From positions 6,586,557 to 6,650,556 of the forward strand of contig NC_068985.1 of NCBI RefSeq assembly GCF_001194135.2: a stretch of 64,000 nucleotides of DNA, read 5' to 3'. Numbering within the stretch: the first letter of the stretch is position 1; the number at the start of each line of letters is the position of its first letter. Below, one piece after another: positions 11,195 to 22,240 of the stretch. The translations under genes were made by a program, and so were the position numbers. The notes under the pieces were generated by a model, which saw only the letters and a list, made by a program, of their open reading frames with translations, was not told the origin of the DNA and made no database searches. The DNA comes from Octopus bimaculoides. Lineage: Eukaryota.

Positions 11195-13237
11195 GATATT
11201 GGGATATGATACGACATTCAAAGGCAATCTGGATTCATTTTAAGCCTTTGCCGCCTTCTTTTCGTTCTAGGTAGAGGTGATCTACGTCACAGTTGATGTG
11301 AAAATTGTGTGTCGTTTACTATTTTCCGGGTTTTCACATGAATGGATCGGATCTCTTTAAGCGTTCAATCAAGTAGCCCAAATGGTATGAGTACAGGCAC
11401 TGTGAAAACACAGGTTTACTGAATGTAGAGAGTTACAAGGTCCAAAGTTTCTTCATTCGGTTGTAAATTCTTTACTGGTACGTTTTTGGTTACAGGTGCC
11501 TTTGTAAGATGTTTTCACTCACCCCAACGTACCTGTAACATTACTTCATAGATACAAGGTAAACAGTTAAGTCATTGATGAAGATGTTAGTCTGTTTTAA
11601 AGTTTTCTCCCTTTTCACACCCATATAGCAACATTTATGACCATACTTCATCCCTACATCCTTTGAGATTGTTGTAACCAGGTCAAAGGTCTGGTTCATC
11701 TCATACGTATCCTTTGCATATAATTTCAAGTCATCCACCAATAAACAGTGTGTAAGTTTGATGTTTCTATTTAATTGTGAACCAGTGAGATTCCCTTCAG
11801 ACTTCCTTAACATGAATGACGAAGGGTTTACAGAAAATATAAACTACATCACAGAAAGTCTGTCCCCTTGGAATATAACACTGTTGTACCGTATTCTATC
11901 AGTGACTATACAATCTCTCCTTGTATTTAACTTCAAGATAGTGGCCTACGAGGAAGTCAGGTCAGCTATGGGATGGACTATGCTCACTCAAACTTTAGCA
12001 TGTCAAAGGTCTTCTAGTATCCATAAGTGGTTAACAGATTCAAAGGCTTTTTTGTAGTCCAATATCACATTGAAATGAGATTCCTACTCTGCTCTCAAAC
12101 ATCTGACATTACAGTTTTGTTTATTAACAGTTGCTCGGCTCATCCCTAAACTCCCTTCATCTCAGCTTCTTGTTCTGCTGTGATGGTGTTATTACTTTAA
12201 CAATGGCGGTGCATCAGCATGTCCGCAGCTCTCAGCTGAAACTACATTAAAAAAATGATGTTGGAGGAAGGGGTTTAAACATGCTCTCTATATTTTATAC
12301 TTTAATATCTGGCATGCAATTGTCCGGTAGGTTATACATGTGGGTGGTTATACACTTAGGGTTCAATTTTGTTTCTGCCAGAGCTAACATGTATGCTATG
12401 CTGCTGTTCCCATTGAGAGCTTGGTTGCCAAGATTTGGTCGGTAGAAATTATCTTCTACCAGTATCCAACAATCAAGCCTATTTTAGGTACTATTCTATC
12501 CTGAATTTTCCCAATCACAATTACAACAGCATCACCATGAATGGTGTGTGTATTGGATGTAATGCATGGACAGTATCTGCTTCGAAATTCTTTCAGCCGC
12601 AGAACATCTTGGTTAAACTCTTTCTCTTCACTCCCGATTTTCCTCCAGAAAGACTATATATTCTCGTGAATGAGCTTCTGTGATGTTCATTGCTCCTCCT
12701 CTCATATCTCCGCACACTGCTGCCTGGTTCCGGTTAAATTCTTTGCTTATTTCTTTACTCGGGATTATTCTATTCTGTTGTCGGAGTTTCTCACTGACTG
12801 CTTTTAGCTCCTGTTTGAGGTGAGGTTGATCAGCTTGCAAGCGAGCGTCCTCCGTTTGCTATCTCCAAACATCACTTCTATCTCCTACATTTTCTTTTGG
12901 TGAGACGTGTTGTGATTTGCTTATTTGCATGCAATAAGCATAATCACATGGCTGATGGTCTCCCGTAAATCAGTTATCTTTTTTTCTATCTTCAAAACCC
13001 ATGATGGCAATTTCTTCGTTGTTTCGGTTTTCTTCACTTTTTACAAGAGTAGAAACTGCATATAGACAGGAGTTAATCTTCAAGAATGTGGGTTCATTAC
13101 GCTGCTGTAAATCCTCCTCTTCGTTAACAGCTTTTAATACCGTGTCTAGTGGTTTTCTACTTACTCTGGTAGAAAAGTTATTTTTTATCGCAAACTTTCA
13201 GTAAGGGCACATTTCACCGGCATATAAACCCGACTAT

Positions 13238-13296
<59 letters not shown>

Positions 13297-13910
13297 TAAT
13301 CGGTTGTGCCTACTATTTAACCATAGTCGTAGAAGGGGAACAGTGATCAGTTACTTGCGCCAGTAATGTAGTTTGGCTGGCAGGCACTATGGAATCTGTT
13401 GGAATGTCAGAACCTGCGAAATTACGTGGTGCTTTTACATCATTCACGTTTCCGTTTATAATGTTGGAAAGCGGGTTCATTTCAGATCTTTTTTTAATTT
13501 AATTACATTGACTAACTTTCTCCTGATATTCCTTCGATAAATGTTGTTTGTTGGCGTAAATGTTTCACACTAAAATGATTTAGATCTAGAGCAGGTCGTG
13601 TCAATTTGATTTCAAACAACACATATACCTAATAGCGGGGTTTGGTTTCGCTCTTTTATAACAGTTAAATAATTCAGTATTCAATTCATAACGCCCAGAA
13701 AGATAAGTTTTGAAGTTACAGCTTCTTCTATGACTACAACTAGAAAGAATCAATTTACCTGTTGAGACGTCATTTTCATTCTCTTCTTCTCAGGTGTTAT
13801 TGATGTTGTGTCCTGCAGTGTTGCTTTTAGTACCTCTCTGCAAGTTTCTGTGGAAGATCGCTACGATCTTGTATGAAAAGTCTCCTTCTGCCAATTCATC
13901 AGAAGATTAA
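11195..13910 (-). mobile_element. R4/Dong-type LINE relic, N-terminal region through RT, heavily disrupted
   Basis: N-terminal ELNTELFNCYKRAKPNPAIRYM...KHLRQQTTFI; LKQELKAVSEKLRQQ; RT motif LTHCLLVDDLKLYAKD (degenerate YMDD); RKEGGKGL at the truncated end; (TAC)n expansion at 13237-13297. Confidence 0.8.
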
Positions 13911-14159
13911 CCAGTTACTTAATTAGTCAGATAGTTTTGGGTGTGTGTATGCATGTATGAATGTATGTATTATGCATGCATGCATGTACGTATTTATGTA
14001 TGTATCTATCATCTATTTATCTTTGCCTCTGTCTCTTTCTCTCTCTCTCTTTATATATACATGTGTGTGTGTGTATGTGTCTCTGTGTGTATATGAAAAT
14101 ATACAGTTACTTATATATTTATATGCATATATATATATATATGTACCTAATATGTATGA

Positions 14160-14204
<45 letters not shown>

Positions 14205-14492
14205 CCCACAGATATATAATAACGAAAGAGGCTATAAGAAGTATAAAGACAAAAAGAAAACAAATTCAGTTGTGTTAATTGTGATTGACGGTGCAGGATA
14301 GCACGAACGTTGCTACACTGAAGAGATAAAAAAAGCCCTCAGCCACAGCAAACAGAGTTCTGTATACTGGCAGGGGAGATAACCCCTGTGGGGTAGTTAT
14401 CTCGACTGTTAGCGTATGGAACTGTGCATCCTTGCAGCTAAGGGTATTTTAAACCTTTATTTCTAGCAACGTAGTGACATTTAAAGACATTT

Positions 14493-14502
14493 CTATCTAT
14501 CC

Positions 14503-14583
<81 letters not shown>
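14493..14583. repeat. (CTAT)n tetranucleotide microsatellite running into a gap
   Basis: Direct read. Confidence 0.95.
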
Positions 14584-14947
14584 NNNNNNNNNNNNNNNNN
14601 NNNNNNNNNNNNNNNNNNNNNNNNNNNNNNNNNNNNNNNNNNNNNNNNNNNNNNNNNNNNNNNNNNNNNNNNNNNNNNNNNNNNNNNNNNNNNNNNNNNN
14701 NNNNNNNNNNNNNNNNNNNNNNNNNNNNNNNNNNNNNNNNNNNNNNNNNNNNNNNNNNNNNNNNNNNNNNNNNNNNNNNNNNNNNNNNNNNNNNNNNNNN
14801 NNNNNNNNNNNNNNNNNNNNNNNNNNNNNNNNNNNNNNNNNNNNNNNNNNNNNNNNNNNNNNATATATATATATATATATATATACATATGCATATATAC
14901 ACATATACAAGTACATGCTTACATAAATATGTATATATGCATGCATA

Positions 14948-15120
14948 TATGGGTACAAAACGTAAAACAAACGTGAACAAAATGAGAAACGAGGAAAAAA
15001 TACAAAACCTTGGAAAACGAACTTTTTTTTCGAACAACGAAAGAAACAAAAAGAGAAATGAAACAGGCAACATAAAGAATATTCCCTTCATCAGTTATCC
15101 CCTGGTTTATCTACTCCTAG
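14948..15120. repeat. Unclassified dispersed repeat (family E), copy 2
   Basis: Homologous to 10806-10975. Confidence 0.65.
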
Positions 15121-15139
15121 ACCAGTGGTGTGTAGCGAT

Positions 15140-15400
15140 GACAAAGTTTGTGTTCCCAGCAATGTGAGAGCATTTGAGTCCGCAGTCTAAAGCTGGGACC
15201 ACACAGGAGCTAGCAGATGTTACAACAATAGTTCGTTGACTGGATTGAGATAGATGCTGAACAGCGACCCCTGTCTCTTACAGCAACGAGACGCTTTCGC
15301 AGAACTTCTTCGGAGGCAGCTGCTGCTCATGGGATTAGAGACCTCTACACTCCAATCTGGCCAGACCCAAGAAAAAACTAAGCTAAGAGCATTAGATTCC
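15140..15400 (-). mobile_element. RTE-clade LINE 3' end relic
   Basis: Minus-strand AAAASEEVLRKRL...YCCNIC*LLCGPSFRLRTQMLSH (degenerate terminal C2H2); similar to 57330-57600. Confidence 0.6.
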
Positions 15401-16170
15401 TTGGAAGAAAGCAGCGAATGTATACGAAAACCAGGACGGAAAAGCCGGAGAATGTTACAGAAATACAAACAACAGGACATAACAACAGTTGTCTTTTGAC
15501 TAAGGACGAATTGAATTAAGCAGGCGTGTGTGGAAGTAAAGCCTTACGGCAGGGATATAAGATTTCACAGGCACAGAAAGGAATATAGATGTTGTACGGA
15601 CGGCGGCCGAACCAAGGAAGAAAGGTCAGGCTTGGCCGAACACCGATCGCAAATAGAAAGAAAGAAAAATAATAGAAATAATAGAGTCGTACAAGATTTA
15701 GATGAATATATACTTACATATAAGTGACCAAAGTGTGCGTACGCCGCTATATGTTTTTATATATATAAAAATCCCAAATGGGACAAGAAACCAAAACACC
15801 CAGATAGACTATACAAAGAAAACAAGGTTACAAAGAAGACAAGGTTACAAAGAAAACAATTTATATATATATATATATATATACATATATAAATAGACAA
15901 AGAGAGAGAGACTGAGAAATGGGAGCGGGTAGAGATAGATGAGAAGTAGAATATCTACGAACTGTAATATCTCTAATAGTGTCCAAGTTTGAAACGCAGT
16001 TCAGTCTGCTTACATGCGTACCATTTATTGTACAATATCGATATCAATATTAATATCAATATATATATACACCAGACGTGCTATCAAAACTCTTGATTGC
16101 ACCGTATCAGGTGGAGGAGAAGAGCCATGCAAGGAACGTGAAGAGAGCACAGCATAAAGACGGAGAATCA

Positions 16171-16230
16171 CGGTGGTGCTCCAGCATGACCGCAGCCACT
16201 TGGCTGAAACCCATAAATAAATAAATAAAT
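16171..16230 (+). mobile_element. SINE family A tail fragment
   Basis: GGTGCTCCAGCATGACCGCAG...GCTGAAAC then (AAAT)n. Confidence 0.75.
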
Positions 16231-16309
16231 ATATATATATAAGCAATGTTAATTCTCTAAATGAAGTATTAACAGTAACTGCACGATAAAGTGTAGTATA
16301 TTGCCACTT

Positions 16310-16477
16310 AAGTGTGGCTGACCCCTAGGGGTGGATATTACTGTTGCTTTTAGACCCAGGAGGACATCTCCTCCAGCTGGCTTATCGACACACGACTGTG
16401 TCCTGTTTGCCAAGGGTAGTTATCCCTCTCACCAACATCTGCAGCACGAACGGATCCGGATTTCAGGGTTATTTCCC
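16310..16477. repeat. Left arm of a fold-back element related to 25525-25924, with the 3' half of a hammerhead motif on the minus strand, cut by a gap
   Basis: CCAGGA.GACATC..CTCCAGCTGGCT..GACAC..CTGTGTCC shared with the 25.5-kb arm; minus strand GGG-AAATAA-CCC T GAA ATCCGGAT C. Confidence 0.65.
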
Positions 16478-16865
16478 NNNNNNNNNNNNNNNNNNNNNNN
16501 NNNNNNNNNNNNNNNNNNNNNNNNNNNNNNNNNNNNNNNNNNNNNNNNNNNNNNNNNNNNNNNNNNNNNNNNNNNNNNNNNNNNNNNNNNNNNNNNNNNN
16601 NNNNNNNNNNNNNNNNNNNNNNNNNNNNNNNNNNNNNNNNNNNNNNNNNNNNNNNNNNNNNNNNNNNNNNNNNNNNNNNNNNNNNNNNNNNNNNNNNNNN
16701 NNNNNNNNNNNNNNNNNNNNNNNNNNNNNNNNNNNNNNNNNNNNNNNNNNNNNNNNNNNNNNNNNNNNNNNNNNNNNNNNNNNNNNNNNNNNNNNNNNNN
16801 NNNNNNNNNNNNNNNNNNNNNNNNNNNNNNNNNNNNNNNNNNNNNNNNNNNNNNNNNNNNNNNNN

Positions 16866-16914
<49 letters not shown>

Positions 16915-18104
16915 TATATGTATGTATGTATGTTATATGTAAATATAAATATGTGTATGCATGTGCATGTACATATGTGCGCGCGCATTTGTGTATGTGT
17001 GTGAGTGCATATGTGTGTGTGTGTGTCTGTGTGTGTGTGTGTGTTTGTGTGTGTGCTTGTCTGTGCTTGTGGCTGAATAATCTTGTGAACATATTCACTC
17101 CCGGTAACATGATTGTAAATAAAACCATCAATATATTCAAATATTAATTCAAAATATTTACTCTACTCTGGAAAAATATTGAATAATAGAATTCATTTTA
17201 GTAAATCACTTCCTTCTCAAATACAGATTCTGGTACTTTCCAGCAATAGTATCTCTATATTTCAACAAACATTTATTTTATTCATATTCACATTTCCACA
17301 GATAAAATGGTGATTTTTACTCCCTAGATGATTCATATATCCAAGAATCAGCTAATGTATGCAGTTTTCTTATAGGAATTATATCACCAACGCATTTATC
17401 TTAAGAGAAAATAAGTCGGCTGCGAAATGAAAACTACAGCGTTTTCTCTATCGAAAATAGCAATTGAATTATATAACCGGAGAAAAAATATTTCTAAACA
17501 AATAACAGGGAGAGTTACTTGAGGCATTCTACGACCGCCATCACTTTATCGGCTCCAAGAGCTATCCTTTTACATGGTTTTACATATTGTTCAATTGTTT
17601 CCTAAATGCCGTGCATCATATGCATTTGGAGGGTATCATAGTTTACAAGTAATAACATATAGAAATCATTTTAAAGAAGAAATATGAATACAAACGTTTC
17701 AAAGATGAAGTTATTTACTCGGTAAACAAGTTAGTATCGCTAGAGTAAGTTTCTAACAGTATTCAATAGTCTTCGACATTCTTCGAATAGATATCCTGTT
17801 AGAAAGTAACTTGCTGCATTTAGGGTTATGCTGTCACTAAAATATATACACTCAGCAGAAATGTATACAACTTCGATCTGTAAGTTAAGTCATGTATAAA
17901 GATAATAATATAATTTAAGACATACATTTTGAGCACATTGCATAAGAATTGATTTATTAGTCCATAATATATCGTGTTTGATTGGCGGATAAATATAAGA
18001 AAATTACATAGGTATATTGACGTCATAATATTATTTTATCGCCCCCAAGTTAGTTATAACTGATTAATGAAGAGAAACGGATACCAATATTAATTAGCTA
18101 CATA

Positions 18105-18290
18105 ACTCGGTGAACCGGCAGAACCGAAAGCATGCCAAGAATATGCTTAGCGGCATTTCGTCCGTCTTTACGTTCTGAGTTCAAATTCCGCCTTAGTCGA
18201 TAAAAGAATTACCGGTTGAGCCCTGGGGTTGACGTAATCCATTTTCTCCCTCCTCCAGAATTGCTGGCTTTGTGCCAAAATTTGAAATCT
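18105..18290 (+). mobile_element. SINE family B variant with internal deletion
   Basis: GCATTTCGTCCGTCTTTACGTTCTGAGTTCAAATTCCGCC and tail GTGCCAAAATTTGAAA. Confidence 0.8.
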
Positions 18291-19299
18291 TTATTAATTA
18301 GTTAAATTCAGAATTGACGTTCAGTTATATATGAATATGTACCACTGATACTGTTGTATTAGAAACTGCCTAGATTAGGCCCATCGATGTACACAGAAAA
18401 AAAATCAAAACACACGAATTTAGTTACAAGTTTCTTCCTCCGGAATTTATTATCGATATCTTTATCAATACTCTTTGCGAAAGGATATGAGAGCTACAAC
18501 TACATAGGTACCGCAAGCAGGACGCATTTTAACTTTCATTCGGTAGTAATTTCAAAGACCTTATTTGGTTAACAGCCTCAAAATAATCACAACAACCATA
18601 GCTTTCCAATTTACATTCTACCAATATTTTTAATTTTCTTATTTGTAGTGTTTGTGTTAGGAGATAAATCAAACAACGTGTGATAATTTCATAATTTTAA
18701 CACCGATAAATTTATAGCAATTGAATAATTTTATTCCACTACCTATTATACGATATCATAACGTATTTGAATTCCACTACCTTTTATAACATTAATGGTT
18801 TAGCATTTCTATAATATACAACTCTATTATTTCGATTGTAAATATCACAAGTAATAAAATATTCTCCTACGCCTTCAGTGTAATATCTCTTTCATAAATG
18901 TGTCGAATACAGTTAATAATTCAAAGGATAAATTAATTATATTGAATTAAGAGAATGCGTAATTCTGTCACGTACACACAGGAAGTATATATATGTGTGG
19001 GCATGTGTGTGTGTATGTGTGTGCGTAAAGAGAGAGTCAAAATGAGAGAGAATATTGTTATTTGTTCAAACTCTACTTAAAGTTATCTTCAGTGTAAAAA
19101 GACAGTTTTTGTCTGTTGATACGAGGCACTGGAGAATGAAAGATCTGGTTGGTTCTCCGAAGATCAGTGATGCTTTTTACAGAAGAATCTCTGTAGTCTT
19201 CACTGGCCGGAACTCTCTTTCCATCGAAAGACTGAATGCACGGGACATATTTTACTTATTCAAAGATGTTCTGTTGGTTTTCCATTTTATTGTAACAAT

Positions 19300-19300
19300 A

Positions 19301-19374
<74 letters not shown>

Positions 19375-19443
19375 TGCTGCTACTGTTGCTGCTGCTGCTG
19401 CTACTGGTGCTCCTTCTGCTGCTGCTTCTGCTGCTGCTGCTGC
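19300..19443. repeat. Compound (CTA)n-(CTG)n trinucleotide tract
   Basis: Direct read; gives the poly-T/poly-A and poly-S ORFs in the track. Confidence 0.95.
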
Positions 19444-19477
19444 TACCGAGTAATGCAATAACAATTATAATCCTTTC

Positions 19478-19682
19478 TACTATAGCCACATGCCGTGAAA
19501 TTTGATGGGAGGAGTTCAACGATTACAGTGACCCCAGTACGCAGCTGGTACTTAATATATCGACACCGAAAGGATGAAAAACAACGTCGACCACAGCGGA
19601 ATTTTGATCTCAGAACGTAAAGACAGACGAAATACCGCTAAGCATTTCGCCCAGTGTGCAAATGACTCTGCCAGCACGCCAC
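19478..19682 (-). mobile_element. SINE family B
   Basis: CAGTACGCAGCTGGTAC...CGAAAGGATGAAA...GACGAAATACCGCTAAGCATTTCGCCC...CTGCCAGC. Confidence 0.85.
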
Positions 19683-19721
19683 CTGGATAACCATGATAAT
19701 AATAATAATAATAATGATAAT

Positions 19722-20823
19722 AGAGAGCAAAAAATTCGCTACTGATCTCTTAGATACCTGCCAGATTGATCAGGCTGAAGGAAATGCGCCAACTGCTGCT
19801 GCAAAGAAAATAAAAGTAATTGCAGAGATAAAAGCACATGAAAAATTATCTAGCAGATGAGAACAGAAACCTCTGCATGGTAAGTATGTGGCCCGTAACA
19901 AACAAGCTGATGTCGACCAGAAACACACGCATCAATGATTACGAAGCTCAGGACTAAAAGCACAGAGTAAAGGTTTCATATTAGCTGCTCAAGACCAAAG
20001 CTTATTAACCCGGAACTACCAAACCAACGTGATAGAAAAAGGAGCTGATCCACAATGCCGATTCTGTAACGATGAGATTGAAAGTATAGACCACCTAATC
20101 TCAGGGTGTAGAGTCTTAGCACCTGTAGAATGTAAAGCAAGACATGACAGAGTCGGCCAGTATTTACACTGGACAATATGCCGCCATTATAAAATCAAAA
20201 CCGCTGACAAATGGTATAAACACCGTCCTGAAGCTATGACTGAGGGAGAAAATGTGTCGATTCTCCGGGACTTCCCGGTACAAACAGACACAATTATAAA
20301 AGCTAATAAACCGGATATTATTATAAAAGAATAAACAAAGAAGACGTGTTTATTAATTGACATGAGTATTCCCGTTATCATAATATAGCGGCGAAAGAAT
20401 TTGACAAGATCAGTAAATAAAAAGACTTGCTAATAGAAATTGAAAAAATGTGACACCTCAAGGCGACTACCGTACCAGTGATTGTAGGATCTCTATGAAT
20501 GATAAAAAAGAGGTACTGAAACCTATTTGAAAATGATACCAGGCTTACCATCCCTACAGGAAGTGCAAAAAATCGTGTTAACCGGAACGACTTATGTACT
20601 GAGAAGAGCATTATCGCTATTAAAACAGCATTTATTAATGAATTTATTTATTGATAATTTTTTTACATACATATTTTACCTGTGAATGTGTGTGTGTGAA
20701 CTGGCAATGCATACCATGAGCTTCTCTGCTATAGGTGCACGAAAAAACACTGGGCGAGAAATGGAGGAAATTTGAAGAAAGAAGAAAAACAAATAAGATA
20801 ATATTAATAATAATAATAATAAT
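19722..20823 (+). mobile_element. R4/Dong-type LINE, 5'-truncated, with zinc knuckle, REL endonuclease and 3' UTR
   Basis: QKPLHGKY; ORF 20029-20334 CRFCNDEIESIDHLISGC (CCHC knuckle), RHDRVGQYLHW, NKPDIIIKE; (AAT)n at both ends (19696-19721, 20800-20823). Confidence 0.9.
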
Positions 20824-21118
20824 GCCACTACTACACATTATTCTGTTTTAACACCCTGATGAAGGTGGCCCCTCGTTGAAATTGTCCTTGCACTTGACCA
20901 GTCTTTTTTTTGCCGACCTTGTAATGGTGAATGTCAAATAGAACATCGTTGTTCAATGAAATGAGGACGTAAAAAAAAAATGGATAAAACAACGCTAACC
21001 ATTTTTCCTTTGATGCACGGGCGACTGTGCCAGGTGCCTGCTTATACGTATATTTAGAACTGTGTATATGAATTGGTAATGGAAGAAACAGATCAAGAGC
21101 CCACACGAAGATGGAAAG

Positions 21119-21163
21119 TGTCGCTGAGGAGGTCACACTGGTGTGACGAAAGATTTCCGGACA
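21119..21163 (+). ncRNA. Type I hammerhead ribozyme motif, near-intact
   Basis: TGTCG CTGAGGA G GTCACAC-TG-GTGTGAC GAA AGATTT C CG(G)ACA: stem I with one bulge, 7-bp stem II, quasi-palindromic stem III, UUC triplet. Confidence 0.65.
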
Positions 21164-21764
21164 ATGGACATGACAGCAGTAATAAACGAGTGAATACGAA
21201 TATATAGTGCGTGTGCTTATTTGACAAGCAAGCAAACAAATGAACATCCCGAAATACAACAATATCTGCTTCAACACACGGCTTCACATCAGGAATCTTG
21301 CGACACAAACTCACAAACGTATATTTTTTGGCTGATACCGAAATTATTGTTTTAGTGTTAGCTGCGGTTGATATGGCTTCGAGTACTTGGTTTAGGATTG
21401 GCATATCTGCTTTCCCTTTAGTATTTAGATTGAATTATTTTAATAATTGAAAGATAGTTGGTGTTACATTGCGATTATATTTCTCACCTAATGCAGAAAT
21501 TTATTTCTAGATGGTGAAAATGAACGATGGTGAAAATGAACGATGTTCCTTATAATTAATAATCCATATCCTTTCTTATGTGCTGACAGTATTACCTTGT
21601 ACAAAGTTAAGCAATATTTCTAGCACTAACTTCAGAATGAATTTTACGTAGACATATTCCGGAAACAGAAGTAGTTGACTAAATAAAGATACAGACAAGT
21701 ACAGAAACGACACAAAGCATTCTCTCAAATACATACACATTCTTTTATTCTTCTATTCTTTTAT

Positions 21765-21965
21765 TTTTTTACCTGTTTCAGTCATTCGACAGCGGCCATG
21801 CTGGAGCACCGCCTTTAGTCGAACAAATCGATCCTAAAACTTATTATTTGTAAGCCTAGCACTTATTCTATCGTTTCTCTTTTGCCGAACCGCTAAGTCG
21901 CGGGAGCGTAAACACACCAGCATCGGTTGTCAAGCGATGGTGGGGGACAAACACAGAAATACAAA
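21765..21965 (-). mobile_element. SINE family A 3' half
   Basis: GTTTCAGTCATT...GGCCATGCTGGAGCACCGCC...GCCGAACCGCTAAG...GTTGTCAAGCGATGG. Confidence 0.9.
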
Positions 21966-21986
21966 CACACACACACACGCACGTTT

Positions 21987-22026
<40 letters not shown>

Positions 22027-22047
22027 CTATACACACACACATATATT

Positions 22048-22240
22048 CTCTTATCTTATTGGTTTCAGTTATCAGACTGCGGTCATACTGGAGCACCGCC
22101 TTTATTCGAACACATAGACCTCAAGATTTATTCTTTGTAAGCCTAGTACTTATTCTATCGAGGTATTTTGCCGAACCGCTAAGTTATGGGGACGTAAGCA
22201 CACCAACAGCGAATGTGTGGTTACAAACACATATACACAA
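22048..22240 (-). mobile_element. SINE family A 3' half, second tandem copy
   Basis: Same motifs as 21765-21965, separated from it by (CA)n. Confidence 0.85.

Noticed and set aside
13759-13860. 102-bp minus-strand exon-like segment with AG/GT ends (RSSTETCREVLK...)
   Set aside because: Contiguous with the R4/Dong N-terminal motif just downstream; better explained as LINE sequence
20856-20890. CTGATGAAGG core 270 bp upstream of the 21.1-kb hammerhead (possible retrozyme tandem unit)
   Set aside because: No proper stem II-GAAA junction or stem I/III, and the flanks are not homologous to 21119-21163
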